Positions 37,889-47,947 of a stretch of 64,000 nt of DNA are shown here, one piece after another. This DNA is from Candidatus Woesebacteria bacterium (GTDB taxonomy: Bacteria; Patescibacteriota; Microgenomatia; UBA8517). The DNA is taken from assembly GCA_003484955.1 (NCBI GenBank), contig DMZH01000003.1, positions 47,815-111,814 of the forward strand. The letters are read 5' to 3'. Below the pieces are notes generated by a model, which saw only the letters and a list, made by a program, of their open reading frames with translations, searched no databases and was not told the origin of the DNA. Numbering within the stretch: position 1 is the first letter of the stretch; each line of letters opens with the position of its first letter. The translations under genes and the position numbers were made by a program.

Positions 37889-38747
37889 GTTCGTCTAAAA
37901 TATCCCGAGTTTCGGTCGCCATTCTCGCTCCGTTTTTCAGGAGATAAAACGGGGCTTTCGAAAGGGGTGATGTAATTGGTCCCGGAACCGCAAACACGGT
38001 TTTACCTTGTTCGGCTGCGTGAGATGCTGTTAAAAGTGTTCCGCTTTTTTCCGCCCCTTCAATTACGAGGACACATGTCGCAAGTCCAGAAACAATTCTG
38101 TTTCTGATAGCAAAATTAGCAGGGAGTACGGGGTAGCCAAGCGGATACTCACTAATAACTGCACCGCCTTTTTGAATGATTTCCTCCGCCAGAGTTTTAT
38201 TTTCGGGAGGATAGACACTGTCCAAACCGTTTCCCAATACTGCAATCGTAATACCACCCGCTAAAAGAGATGCTTTATGCGCCGTTGTATCAACTCCTCT
38301 GGCAAGACCGGAAATTATAGTTACACCGAATGAGGACAGCTCTGAAGAAAACTTTTCAGTGACTTCCTTTCCATAAGAAGTCATCCTCCTTGTCCCTACA
38401 ATTGCAACCGAATTTGTTTTCAAACCGTTGAGTGATCCGCGGTAATACAAGACAACGGGCGCTCCGTCCAAGATTTTAAAAATCTCGGGAAATTTATTAT
38501 CCAAAAATGTCGTAACTTTTATATTTAACTTTGTTAACCTTTCAAAATAAGATTCGATATTAAAATTTTTCCGAAAATTTAAAAACTCTATTGTTTTCTT
38601 TTCAGGTAAACCGACTTCGGCAAGCTCTCTCAAAGTGCTTTCCCATACTTTTTTGGGGCTCTTAAAATATGAGGTCAAAAGTCTCACCCTGGCAGGTCCA
38701 AAATAAGTAAATGCACAAATTGCGGTTAGATATTCACTTTCTGTCAC
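37839..38747 (-). CDS. dprA: DNA processing protein DprA (Rossmann domain); C-terminal winged-helix domain lies in a separate overlapping frame
   Basis: GLARGVDTTAHKASL, GNGLD motifs. Confidence 0.8.
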   Translation of the reverse strand: MTESEYLTAICAFTYFGPARVRLLTSYFKSPKKVWESTLRELAEVGLPEKKTIEFLNFRKNFNIESYFERLTKLNIKVTTFLDNKFPEIFKILDGAPVVLYYRGSLNGLKTNSVAIVGTRRMTSYGKEVTEKFSSELSSFGVTIISGLARGVDTTAHKASLLAGGITIAVLGNGLDSVYPPENKTLAEEIIQKGGAVISEYPLGYPVLPANFAIRNRIVSGLATCVLVIEGAEKSGTLLTASHAAEQGKTVFAVPGPITSPLSKAPFYLLKNGARMATETRDILDELDMEVRANEKSWAGYT

Positions 38748-38785
38748 AATACCAGATTAGAACCAAATACTTTCTAAGAAAAGGG

Positions 38786-40420
38786 TTAATTGGCAAAAGA
38801 AGCGTAATAATAGTCTGCAATTTTGCGGGCGATGGGCCCGGCGGCGGATGAGCCCTCGCCGCCTTTTTCAATCAAAACAGTGGCAACAATTTGGGGTTTA
38901 TCGGCAGGGGCAAAAAAAGTAAACCAGGCGTGTGGCGTCCCGTCTGTACCAACCTCTGCGGTTCCAGTCTTACAGGCAACATTTACCCCTCCGTGTCTTT
39001 CTGAAAAATCAAAAAAGGTATATGCCGTTCCCCCTTGAGAACAGGCTTTGCCCATTCCCTCTTTCACCAAGTCAAGGTTTTGTTTACTAACCCCTATTTT
39101 TTTACATTTAGCCGGTAATGATTCATTAAATCTTGGTTGACACAAATTTCCGTTTGCGGCAACAGCTGAAATATATGTATTTATCTCGGCAGGGGTCACA
39201 GAAACATCTCCCTGTCCGATTGACATGTGATAAGTGTTTCCTAAAAACCAGGGTTCATTTTTCGTCAGTTCTTTCCAAGATGGGGTTGGTATTAGTCCTT
39301 TCACTTCACCGGAAATGTCAATTCCGGTTTGACTGTCAAGGCCAAAAGTATTTGCCCATTTGGCAATTGCATCCGGCCCAACCATTTGTCCAATGGTATA
39401 GAAAAACGTGTCTGTTGAACGCGCTATGGCCTTTGTCAAGTCTATTGATCCTTCGGTCCGTCCATATTCACTAAAGTACCAATTCGAATAGGAATAATTG
39501 TTTATCGTTATTACACCCTGGTCATTATAGATAAAGTTTTTATCGATCGCCCCTTCCTCAAGAGCTGTAATTGATACGAGTGGTTTAAAGACCGATCCGG
39601 GATGAAAGGTACCGCTTATCACCCTATTAAAAAAGGGGAGGTTATCATCATTTAATAGGGAACTTATTTCATTATTGTTGCCTTTGTTGATGAAAATATT
39701 CGGATCAAATGATGGATAAGAATAAAAAGCCAAAATCCGACCCGTTGTGTCGGTAACAATAGCAGCACCTTTTTTGCCGTTCATTTCATTTGCAATTTCA
39801 GTTTGGAGACCATAATCAATGGTTGTCTGCAGATCCTGTCCCGGAACAGGATCTTTTTTACCAAGCATTCTAAGTTCATATCCAGACGCATCAACTTCGA
39901 TAATCTCCTCGCCGGGGGTACCGGAAAGAAGGCACTCGTACTTCTCTTCCAGTCCTGTTTTCCCAATTAGAGAATCTGAAGATATTGGACCTTTCTCCGG
40001 ACAATCAGGGTTTATTTTATCTACCTCATTTTCACCGACTCGTGCCAAATACCCTAAAGCGTGAGAAAATTTATCACCCATCGGATAATATCTTTTATAG
40101 TCTGTTATTACTTCTTCTTCCGCCGCTCCAGTTAAATCCTCAGAAAGGGTAAAACCACCGGTATCTGTAAACTCAATGCGTTTTTTGATTTCCGTATTTC
40201 CAGTCAAAATTTCTCCTCCGCGTGCCAAGATTTTTCCTCTTGGTGCAGGAATAACTACACGCCTAATCCTATTTTCTTCGGAAAGGTTTCTGAAGTAGCT
40301 ACCCTTTATTACTTGCACTTCTATAAGTTTGGCTATAAGAACCATAAACAGAAGTATCAAAACTCCCCTTAAAGACCATGATAACCATGATTGAGATTTG
40401 TCCGAAGATAAAGAATGCAT
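38786..40420 (-). CDS. mrdA: Penicillin-binding protein 2 (elongasome transpeptidase)
   Basis: N-terminal TM, SxxK-type transpeptidase fold, KTGTA motif; adjacent to mreB. Confidence 0.8.
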   Translation of the reverse strand: MHSLSSDKSQSWLSWSLRGVLILLFMVLIAKLIEVQVIKGSYFRNLSEENRIRRVVIPAPRGKILARGGEILTGNTEIKKRIEFTDTGGFTLSEDLTGAAEEEVITDYKRYYPMGDKFSHALGYLARVGENEVDKINPDCPEKGPISSDSLIGKTGLEEKYECLLSGTPGEEIIEVDASGYELRMLGKKDPVPGQDLQTTIDYGLQTEIANEMNGKKGAAIVTDTTGRILAFYSYPSFDPNIFINKGNNNEISSLLNDDNLPFFNRVISGTFHPGSVFKPLVSITALEEGAIDKNFIYNDQGVITINNYSYSNWYFSEYGRTEGSIDLTKAIARSTDTFFYTIGQMVGPDAIAKWANTFGLDSQTGIDISGEVKGLIPTPSWKELTKNEPWFLGNTYHMSIGQGDVSVTPAEINTYISAVAANGNLCQPRFNESLPAKCKKIGVSKQNLDLVKEGMGKACSQGGTAYTFFDFSERHGGVNVACKTGTAEVGTDGTPHAWFTFFAPADKPQIVATVLIEKGGEGSSAAGPIARKIADYYYASFAN

Positions 40421-40451
40421 AGTTTAATTATCAATTAACAGCTTACAATTT

Positions 40452-41528
40452 TCAAAGACCTTTAGTGACTCTTATTCTTTTTAGTAAACCATTGTCCTCA
40501 AGACAGAGTCCACAACCTCTAACCACACACGTCAGAGGATCGTCCGCAATATAAACCGGCATTTTTGCAGCTTCAGATATGGCTTTATCTATTCCGGGAA
40601 TAAGCGATCCGCCCCCTGCCAGGGTAATTCCCTTTTTCATGATATCACCAGTCAGCTCCGGCGGGGTTTCTTCGATAGTGTCAACAATATTGCTAATTAT
40701 TTCCTGCAAGATGGGGCTTAGAGCCTCCTGGATTTCTTCGCTTGTCAGCTTTATGGATTTCGGAAGTCCTGTTTCAAGGTCACGTCCCCTCACAACGGTA
40801 AGTTTTGTTTCCTTTTGCGCGTCTTTGTCTTCACCCATTTCTACTCCGCCGACACCTATTTTGACAGCCTCTGCGGTTGGTTGGCCCAAAAGCAGCGAGT
40901 ATTTCAGTCTTACATAATTAATTATTGCCTCATCCATTTCGTCTCCGGCAATTCTGACACTCCTTCCCAAAACTATTCCCCCAAGTGAAATTACAGCAAT
41001 CTCACTTGTCCCTCCTCCAATATCAACGATAAAATTTCCTTCCGGACCTTCAATTAAAAGACCCGCACCAATTGCGGCGGCCATAGGTTCTTCAATTAAA
41101 TTAGCCTCCCGGGCTCCTGCATCAATTGCTGCCTCAGCAACAGCCCTTCTTTCAACTTCAGTTACACCTGAGGGAATTCCGATTACAACTCTTGGTCTTG
41201 GAATTTTTGGAAAAGTACTTTCTGTTTCGTGAACTTTTTTAATATAGTGGGAAAGCATGGCGGCGGTCGCATCAAAATCTGCAATAACACCGTTTCTTAA
41301 AGGTCTTATTACCTCAATCGCCACAGGAGCTCTACCCATCATTTTTTTGGCTGAAGTTCCGATTGCCAAAATTTCTTTTGTTTTTTTATGTCTGGCCACG
41401 GCCGAAGGTTCTCTTATAACAACCCCTTTTCCTCTAACATAAACCAGCGTGTTTGCGGTTCCCAAATCAATGCCGATGTCGTGTGAGAAAATTCCCAAAA
41501 ATCTATCGATGGGATTCATGATCTTCAT
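40452..41528 (-). CDS. mreB: Rod shape-determining protein MreB
   Basis: DIGIDLGTANTLVYV actin-fold motifs. Confidence 0.9.
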   Translation of the reverse strand: MKIMNPIDRFLGIFSHDIGIDLGTANTLVYVRGKGVVIREPSAVARHKKTKEILAIGTSAKKMMGRAPVAIEVIRPLRNGVIADFDATAAMLSHYIKKVHETESTFPKIPRPRVVIGIPSGVTEVERRAVAEAAIDAGAREANLIEEPMAAAIGAGLLIEGPEGNFIVDIGGGTSEIAVISLGGIVLGRSVRIAGDEMDEAIINYVRLKYSLLLGQPTAEAVKIGVGGVEMGEDKDAQKETKLTVVRGRDLETGLPKSIKLTSEEIQEALSPILQEIISNIVDTIEETPPELTGDIMKKGITLAGGGSLIPGIDKAISEAAKMPVYIADDPLTCVVRGCGLCLEDNGLLKRIRVTKGL

Positions 41529-41605
41529 AATAGTAGCAACAGGAGTATACCTATTTAACGAAAAGTTGCAAAGGGTCTATGAGAGATCGTGTGTTAAAAT
41601 GAATT

Positions 41606-43654
41606 GTGAAATCATTTCAAAAAATAATTTTCTTTCTTTTTGGAATTCTTCTTTTCCTGGTGCCGTTAATTTTATGGCCTTACACATCTGAACTTTTCGA
41701 GTTTAACAAAATAGTAATTACATACTTTTCGACCATCTTAATAATTGCTTTCTGGACGATGCGAATGGTCTCGGAAAGAAAACTTATCTTTCGTCGCACA
41801 ATATTAGACATCCCTCTCATTGTTTTTTTGGGGTCGCAGTTAATTTCAACACTTATATCAATTGACACCCAAACTTCTTGGCTCGGATACTATTCAAGAT
41901 TTAACGGCGGGTTTTTATCCACCCTCTCCTATTTGCTTCTTTACTGGGCATTTGTTTCAAATATTGATAAGGGTGATGCCAGAAAATTAATTAATATTAC
42001 ACTTGGCTCGGCGGTAATTGTTTCTATCTACGGCGTTCTGGAACGTCTTGGAATCGACAAGGATATTTGGCAACAGGCTGTTCAACAAAGGGTTTTCTCG
42101 ACGTTGGGACAGCCCAACTGGTTAGCCGCATGGCTTACCGCTTTATTACCAATAACCTGGGTGTTAATAATTAAGCGTGAGGAGAGTAAAATTACTTTTT
42201 TCTCGGTAGTTCCCTATCTTCTGAGTTTGCTCTTTTTTACGGTCTTACTTTTTACGGGTTCGCGTTCAGGAATTCTTGGTTTCGCTGTAGCCGAAATTGT
42301 ATTCTGGGGAATTATATTTTTAAAAAGTAGATTTAAATATCTTAAAAGGTTTTTCATTTCCAATATGCTCCTGGCAGTTGCGGCTTTAATTTTTGGAACA
42401 CAATTTACACCAAGTATTTTTAAGATTATCGAAGGATCTCAGAACAACCAACCGGCAATATATGCTCAAACAGGAGCAACAGCTTTAGAAACCGGCGGAA
42501 CAGAATCCGGAACAATCCGAAAAATTGTTTGGCAGGGTGCAATCGAAGTTTGGAAACACTATCCCATATTCGGAACCGGCGTTGAAACTTTTGCCTATTC
42601 TTACTATCTCTACCGCCCGGCAGCACACAATATGACCACAGAATGGGATTTTATTTACAATAAAGCACACAACGAATATCTCAATTTTCTCGCAAATACG
42701 GGGATCATAGGTATTATCGCTTACCTGACGATGATCGGGTTTTCAATTTATTTGATTGTCAAAAATTTTCATCCCAAATCAAGTGATCAAAATGATTTAT
42801 TTCCGTTAATATCAATCGCACTTGTTTCCGGATATGTTTCAATTCTTGTCACCAACTTTTTCGGGTTTTCCGTCGTGCCAATACAGCTTTTATTCTTCCT
42901 ATATCCCGCTTTCTCTATGGTTCTGGCTACGGAAGATATGATGAAAAAAGAACAAAAAATAAATTTAACCCCGAATCAGAAAATTTTAAACTGGGTTGTA
43001 ATCTCCGCCGCCGTATATCTTCTCTTCGCCGCCTCCAGATACTGGTATGTAGATTATCTTTACGCAAAAGGTCTTAACTACAACAAGGTAGGAAGACAGG
43101 ACCTTGCGTCACAATACTTAAACCAAGCAATAAAACTGGAGCCGAATCAAAGCATTTATTATGCAGAACTCGCGAAATCATATGCCAATCTTGCCCTTTC
43201 CTATAATCAGGCAAAAGAGTCTACGGTAGCTTCACAATTAACCGAGCTTGCGATCGACGATTCCATAAAAGCAGTCGATCTTTCTCCGGCAAATTTAAAT
43301 CTCAAAAGAATGGAGTTTGGGGTTTTTGTTATGCTTTCTGTAATTGATCCAAACTATCTCCTGAATGCCAGAGATGTTCTTGTTACCGCAGCCATGCAAG
43401 CACCAACTGACGCTAAAATCCGCTACAACTTAGGTTTAATTTATTCCAGAATCGGACAAAATGATTTGGCGCTTCAAACCCTCAAGGAGACCGTTGAGTT
43501 AAAACCAAATTATAAGGATGCCAGACTTGCTTATGCCATCCTCCTCATTGACGCAAAGGAAAACTCAGAAGCAAGGACCCAACTTGAATATATACTGACA
43601 AACATAGACCCCACGGACTCCATGTCAAAACAATATCTGGAAAGTATTAATTAA
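41606..43654 (+). CDS. O-antigen ligase/polymerase-like polytopic membrane protein with C-terminal TPR repeats
   Basis: About 12 TMs, Wzy_C-like region, then TPR repeats. Confidence 0.6.
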   Translation: MKSFQKIIFFLFGILLFLVPLILWPYTSELFEFNKIVITYFSTILIIAFWTMRMVSERKLIFRRTILDIPLIVFLGSQLISTLISIDTQTSWLGYYSRFNGGFLSTLSYLLLYWAFVSNIDKGDARKLINITLGSAVIVSIYGVLERLGIDKDIWQQAVQQRVFSTLGQPNWLAAWLTALLPITWVLIIKREESKITFFSVVPYLLSLLFFTVLLFTGSRSGILGFAVAEIVFWGIIFLKSRFKYLKRFFISNMLLAVAALIFGTQFTPSIFKIIEGSQNNQPAIYAQTGATALETGGTESGTIRKIVWQGAIEVWKHYPIFGTGVETFAYSYYLYRPAAHNMTTEWDFIYNKAHNEYLNFLANTGIIGIIAYLTMIGFSIYLIVKNFHPKSSDQNDLFPLISIALVSGYVSILVTNFFGFSVVPIQLLFFLYPAFSMVLATEDMMKKEQKINLTPNQKILNWVVISAAVYLLFAASRYWYVDYLYAKGLNYNKVGRQDLASQYLNQAIKLEPNQSIYYAELAKSYANLALSYNQAKESTVASQLTELAIDDSIKAVDLSPANLNLKRMEFGVFVMLSVIDPNYLLNARDVLVTAAMQAPTDAKIRYNLGLIYSRIGQNDLALQTLKETVELKPNYKDARLAYAILLIDAKENSEARTQLEYILTNIDPTDSMSKQYLESIN

Positions 43655-43701
43655 TTAAAGCTTTTCTTACAGATTGGCCGATTTTTTGATATAATTCGGG
43701 T

Positions 43702-44235
43702 ATGATTAGAAAAATTGTCCTCTCAAATAACCCTATTTTACGAAAGAAATCTAGACCGGTTCCTAAGATCGATAAAAAGATTAAGGATCTTATAAAAGAC
43801 CTTAGAGACACGCTGAGTATACAAAAAGATCCGGAAGGTGTTGGTCTTGCCGCCCCCCAAATAGGAAAAAATTTAAGGATTTTTGTGGCTAAATATAAAG
43901 ATTTTGAAAAAGTTGTCATTAATCCGGAAATTGTCAGAGTGGAAAACAAATCCCGTTCGGCTAAATCTAGACAAAGCAAAAAGGAAATTCTCGAAGGGTG
44001 TCTTTCGCTTCCTTATTACTACGGCCCTTTAAAACGTGCTGCTAAAATAACAATTAAATATTTAGATGAAAAAGGAAAAACACTGACGGAAACTTTTGAT
44101 GGGTTCCACGCCCAAATAATTATGCATGAAATTGACCACCTTGAGGGAATTCTTTTTATAGACCATCTTTTAAGCGAGGGGAAACCTCTCTACAAAGTGG
44201 AGGGTGATGAATGGGAGGAGGTTGAGCTTTCGTAG
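43702..44235 (+). CDS. def: Peptide deformylase
   Basis: GVGLAAPQIG, EGCLS, HEIDHLEG. Confidence 0.9.
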   Translation: MIRKIVLSNNPILRKKSRPVPKIDKKIKDLIKDLRDTLSIQKDPEGVGLAAPQIGKNLRIFVAKYKDFEKVVINPEIVRVENKSRSAKSRQSKKEILEGCLSLPYYYGPLKRAAKITIKYLDEKGKTLTETFDGFHAQIIMHEIDHLEGILFIDHLLSEGKPLYKVEGDEWEEVELS

Positions 44236-44280
44236 GAAAGCGAAATCCTGAGGCAGCAGCTGAAGGATTATTTAAATAAT

Positions 44281-45162
44281 ATGAAAATAGTTTTCTTTGG
44301 TACACCGGTTTACGTTTTACCTATCTTGACTGCGATTCACAAAAAATTTGTGACCGGGCCGGGAAAATCTCCCATAACTGCCGTTGTAACTCAGCCACCA
44401 AAGCCCATCGGCAGAAAGCAAATTCTTGCATATTCTCCTATCGATAAATGGGCGCATGAGCATAAAATTCCAATTTATTATTCTGCGAATGATCTGATTG
44501 ATAGTCCCCCTGACGCTAACTTAGGAATACTGGCATCATATGGCGAAATTATCAAAAAAGATGTCATCGATCTTTTTCCCCAAGGAATTTTAGTAATTCA
44601 CCCCTCTCTTTTGCCAAAATACAGAGGTGCCTCTCCCGTTCCTGCCGCCATTACCAATGGTGATCAAATTACAGGTGTTTCAATTATTAAAATGGATGAA
44701 AAAATGGATCATGGACCAATTATTTCTCAATCAAAAGAAGAAATACTCATAGACGATACCGCGGAAACTTTAAGAAATCGCCTATTTGAAAAATCAGCTG
44801 ATGTTTTAGTTGAGCTACTGGAGCCTTACATCAGGGCGAAAATTAATTTAAAACCACAAAACGATGAAGATGCAACATTTACAAAAATTATGAAAAGGGA
44901 AGACGGCTTTTTCAACATAGACGAAAAAACTCCGGCTGAGGTTGAAAAACTTGTAAGGGCCATGTATCCCTGGCCGGGAGCTTGGACATTTATCCGTTTA
45001 TCAGCCACGGATGAAAAGAGTAAGAGATTAAAAATATTAAAAGTACATCTTGAAGATGAAAAACTAATTCTGGACGAAGTTCAACTGGAAGGCAAAGAGC
45101 CTGTAACCTGGAAACAATTTAAAGAAGGTTACAAGGAAGCAACTTTTGAGGAAGCTGCCTGA
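44281..45162 (+). CDS. fmt: Methionyl-tRNA formyltransferase
   Basis: HPSLLPKYRGASP formyltransferase motif. Confidence 0.85.
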   Translation: MKIVFFGTPVYVLPILTAIHKKFVTGPGKSPITAVVTQPPKPIGRKQILAYSPIDKWAHEHKIPIYYSANDLIDSPPDANLGILASYGEIIKKDVIDLFPQGILVIHPSLLPKYRGASPVPAAITNGDQITGVSIIKMDEKMDHGPIISQSKEEILIDDTAETLRNRLFEKSADVLVELLEPYIRAKINLKPQNDEDATFTKIMKREDGFFNIDEKTPAEVEKLVRAMYPWPGAWTFIRLSATDEKSKRLKILKVHLEDEKLILDEVQLEGKEPVTWKQFKEGYKEATFEEAA

Positions 45163-45392
45163 GGTTTTTTAATTTTTCCGATCTTTCTGAACCTGGAAAT
45201 ACAGCTTGCACAAAGCTTCATCTGAGTTTTTTTGCCGGCAACCACCACTGAAATCTTTTGAAGATTGGGCTTAAATAATCGAGGTGTTTTCTGTGCCCTT
45301 TTCTTCCATCTTTTTCCAGCAACACCTCTGCCGTGTGTGCTCTGACGGCCATGAACTGTTCCTTTTCCACAATTGTCGCAAATATATGCCAT
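45129..45392 (-). CDS. rpmB: Ribosomal protein L28
   Basis: CDNCGKG...NPNLQK L28 signature. Confidence 0.75.
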   Translation of the reverse strand: MAYICDNCGKGTVHGRQSTHGRGVAGKRWKKRAQKTPRLFKPNLQKISVVVAGKKTQMKLCASCISRFRKIGKIKKPQAASSKVASL

Positions 45393-45443
45393 ATTTTTAT
45401 TTTTAGCTTCCGTAGATTATACTATTAACTACTTTAAACCGCA

Positions 45444-46094
45444 ATGGATATCCTGATACTAATAATCGGAATTGCAGGCTTTGCCCTGGCAATCATTTTA
45501 CATGAAGTTGCCCATGGACTTGTGGCTGAAAGACTGGGAGACCCAACCGCAAGACTCATGGGACGCCTTACTCTTAACCCAATTTCCCATATCGATATTG
45601 TTGGCAGTATTATCCTTCCCCTGACTCTTTTGATACTCCGCTCACCTTTTCTTTTCGGTTGGGCAAAACCGGTACCCGTCGATCCGTACAATCTTCAGCA
45701 TCCAAAAAAAGATCTGGCACTTATCTCTCTTGCAGGACCTCTTGCGAACATTTCTTTCGCACTTGTTTTATCCATATTCTTGAGAATCATTTTAACGGTC
45801 TTTCCCAACACAAACATTTTTGCAATGTTTTTCTACGTTATCGAATTCAATATTGCCCTTGCAGTCTTCAACCTAATCCCGGTTGGCCCCCTTGATGGTG
45901 CAAAAATCCTCACCGGCCTTCTTCCTAATAAACAGGCCAAAGCTTTTGGTGATTTTTTGGACAAGTTTGGAATGATTCTGATTTTGGCTTTAATCTTTCC
46001 TATTTTCGGTGGAAGTTCCTTGGTTACACTTGTTATTAGTCCTGTAATTAACGTTTTTCTCAAACTTCTTATTCCCGGGTTCTCATCCATCTGA
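45444..46094 (+). CDS. Peptidase M50-family (site-2 protease-like) membrane metalloprotease
   Basis: HEVAHG zinc motif in a TM helix and LDGG motif. Confidence 0.75.
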   Translation: MDILILIIGIAGFALAIILHEVAHGLVAERLGDPTARLMGRLTLNPISHIDIVGSIILPLTLLILRSPFLFGWAKPVPVDPYNLQHPKKDLALISLAGPLANISFALVLSIFLRIILTVFPNTNIFAMFFYVIEFNIALAVFNLIPVGPLDGAKILTGLLPNKQAKAFGDFLDKFGMILILALIFPIFGGSSLVTLVISPVINVFLKLLIPGFSSI

Positions 46095-46316
46095 CTTGTG
46101 CACCTCTGATATAATTAATGTGGACCCTGTCGAAAAGTGTTCGGTTTAAATTTCCTGATCAAATAAAAGTGCTTTGGGAAAGCGGAGTCCAACCAAAGCT
46201 TTCATGCCGAGGAAGGCAGCTTACCCACCTGGTTTATCCAGGAATGCAGCCGGACTTTTTGAGGCAGGGTCTTTTTTCCTCGTAAATAGCTTCATTTATT
46301 GATATAATTCATTAGC

Positions 46317-46388
46317 GCCGGCGTAACTCAGTGGTAGAGTAGCTGTTTTGTAAACAGCAAGTCAGAGGTTCGAATCCTCTCGTCGGCT
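46317..46388 (+). tRNA. tRNA-Thr (anticodon TGT)
   Basis: Cloverleaf folded by hand: acceptor gccggcg/cgtcggc, anticodon loop tttgtaa, TPsiC GGTTCGAATCC. Confidence 0.8.
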
Positions 46389-46392
46389 CAGC

Positions 46393-46477
46393 GCTGAGGT
46401 GGCGGAGCGGTCAAACGCACGAGACTGTAAATCTCGCGTCCGAAAGGGCTACTCAGGTTCGAATCCTGACCTCAGCA
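46393..46477 (+). tRNA. tRNA-Tyr (anticodon GTA), long variable arm
   Basis: Acceptor gctgagg/cctcagc, anticodon loop ctgtaaa, long extra arm, TPsiC GGTTCGAATCC. Confidence 0.75.
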
Positions 46478-46489
46478 CTTGTTTTATTT

Positions 46490-46549
46490 GCCTGGGTAGC
46501 TCAGTGGTAAGAAAATCTTGCCACTTTCTCTACCCAGGTTCGGTGACTC
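46490..46549 (+). other. Duplicated 5' fragment of tRNA-Thr(GGT) (20 nt identical) that continues into a 9-bp hairpin
   Basis: gcCTGGGTAGctcagtggtaagaaaatcttgccactttctCTACCCAGGttcggtgactc; the first 20 nt equal the start of the downstream tRNA. Confidence 0.7.
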
Positions 46550-46621
46550 GCCTGGGTAGCTCAGTGGTAGAGCACGTACTTGGTAAGTACGGGGTCGTGA
46601 GTTCAATCCTCACCTCAGGCT
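46550..46621 (+). tRNA. tRNA-Thr (anticodon GGT)
   Basis: Acceptor gcctggg/ctcaggc (one G-U pair), anticodon loop ttggtaa, TPsiC GAGTTCAATCC. Confidence 0.8.
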
Positions 46622-46627
46622 CAAATT

Positions 46628-46657
46628 ACTATTCACTATTCACTATTCACATATAAT
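46628..46657. promoter_or_regulatory. Heptamer tandem repeat (ACTATTC)x3 directly followed by a TATAAT-like -10 box, upstream of rpmG
   Basis: Read directly: actattc actattc actattc ac atataat. Confidence 0.6.
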
Positions 46658-46673
46658 TTGCTAGAATATCCCC

Positions 46674-46865
46674 ATGGCTAAAAAAGGTGCTAGAGAAATT
46701 GTGGCTTTGATTTGTTCTGTTTGCAAAAACCAAAATTATATTACAGAAAGAAACAAAGTTAATATGGAGTTAAAAGGAAAAAAAGACTCAAAACTTGAAC
46801 TGAAGAAGTACTGTCACAATTGCAGAAAAGTTCAGATCCACAAGGAATCTTCAAAGCTAAAGTAA
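46674..46865 (+). CDS. rpmG: Ribosomal protein L33
   Basis: CSVCKNQNY...CHNCRK zinc ribbon, 63 aa. Confidence 0.85.
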   Translation: MAKKGAREIVALICSVCKNQNYITERNKVNMELKGKKDSKLELKKYCHNCRKVQIHKESSKLK

Positions 46866-46875
46866 TTTACAACCG

Positions 46876-47343
46876 TCAGATCTTGGTGGGAACAATGCGT
46901 TCAACTGTTTCGCGGATAAAGTCCATGCCCTTTTTGACTTCGCTGCTTATTTCATTTCCAAAGTAATTGTCAAGACTTGAGCTTAGAAAAGCGTATAATC
47001 TTTCGTCAGACAATCTATTTTCTTTAATCGAAAGTGAATCACATACCGTTTTTTTCAGATTTTCAAACATCACGGTAGAGCCGCTCTGATATAAAGAAAC
47101 CAATCTGTCCAGCACTATCACATTCATGTGATCTCTCACGTCTTGGCTTTGTTGTAATATTCCTTGCAGAGAGTCTGCCTTATTATCAACTAAATTTGAG
47201 GCAAATTCAGTTGCGATTCCAAAAACAGAATTTTTTTCCACATCGTTCATAGCCTCTCCCGATAATAGCTTTTTTCCTACCAACTCATAATTAACTTGTG
47301 ACCGTGATTGTAATTCTACATTTGCCATTCGTTTGGGACACAT
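46876..47343 (-). CDS. Hypothetical protein
   Basis: ORF only. Confidence 0.35.
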   Translation of the reverse strand: MCPKRMANVELQSRSQVNYELVGKKLLSGEAMNDVEKNSVFGIATEFASNLVDNKADSLQGILQQSQDVRDHMNVIVLDRLVSLYQSGSTVMFENLKKTVCDSLSIKENRLSDERLYAFLSSSLDNYFGNEISSEVKKGMDFIRETVERIVPTKI

Positions 47344-47483
47344 TGTATACCATTAAAGCTACTTAATCCAAAAATCCTCATATACCTTATAGTTAATTGA
47401 CTTTTGAAGCTATTTGGGATATCATCTCCCCATTCACCAATTGCGGTGAAAATTCGCACCTACACATTGAGGAGGAAAAGGAA

Positions 47484-47828
47484 ATGTCACGGAAAAGTTT
47501 GTCAGAAAAAGTCATTTTGGAAAATCGGGCTGGCGGAAAGGAAAGTAAAGTCGAAATATATATTGAAGCAGCCAAGGGACATCGGTCAATCAACCTTTGG
47601 GACTGGTCGGTTAAGATCACAGTCACCAGAAATGGGCATCCCTTTTCCAGCCAAGGCAACAATAAGCCAAATGAAAGTTTGGTCCACTTGATTAATCGGT
47701 TATTTGATGACATTCGCAGTGATATTTGTAATGCATACAAAAATTCGAATGTTGATTATGACCCGGTCTGTAGGTTTATTTCAGAAGCCCAGAAGAAATT
47801 TATGGCAGAACTATCTGCTGAAAAATAA
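47484..47828 (+). CDS. Hypothetical protein (start set at the Met after a strong GGAGG Shine-Dalgarno)
   Basis: gaggaggaaaaggaaATG; the listed ORF 47397-47828 has an earlier in-frame Met with no ribosome-binding site. Confidence 0.45.
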   Translation: MSRKSLSEKVILENRAGGKESKVEIYIEAAKGHRSINLWDWSVKITVTRNGHPFSSQGNNKPNESLVHLINRLFDDIRSDICNAYKNSNVDYDPVCRFISEAQKKFMAELSAEK

Positions 47829-47847
47829 ATTCTAGGCACCATTTATT

Positions 47848-47895
47848 GGGCGTTTTTATACAAGAAATTTTTGTGTAGAAACGCCCTTTATTTTT
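47848..47895 (+). terminator. Rho-independent terminator candidate
   Basis: gggcgttt...aaacgccc stem followed by a T-run. Confidence 0.5.
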
Positions 47896-47947
47896 CCTTC
47901 CTTTGCCCTCACAGGCTACATAAGGTAAAATTAGTAGTTGTTAACAA

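Noticed and set aside
47393-47740. 115-aa antisense ORF overlapping the 47484-47828 gene
   Set aside because: It is antisense to an ORF with a strong GGAGG ribosome-binding site, so it is likely spurious.
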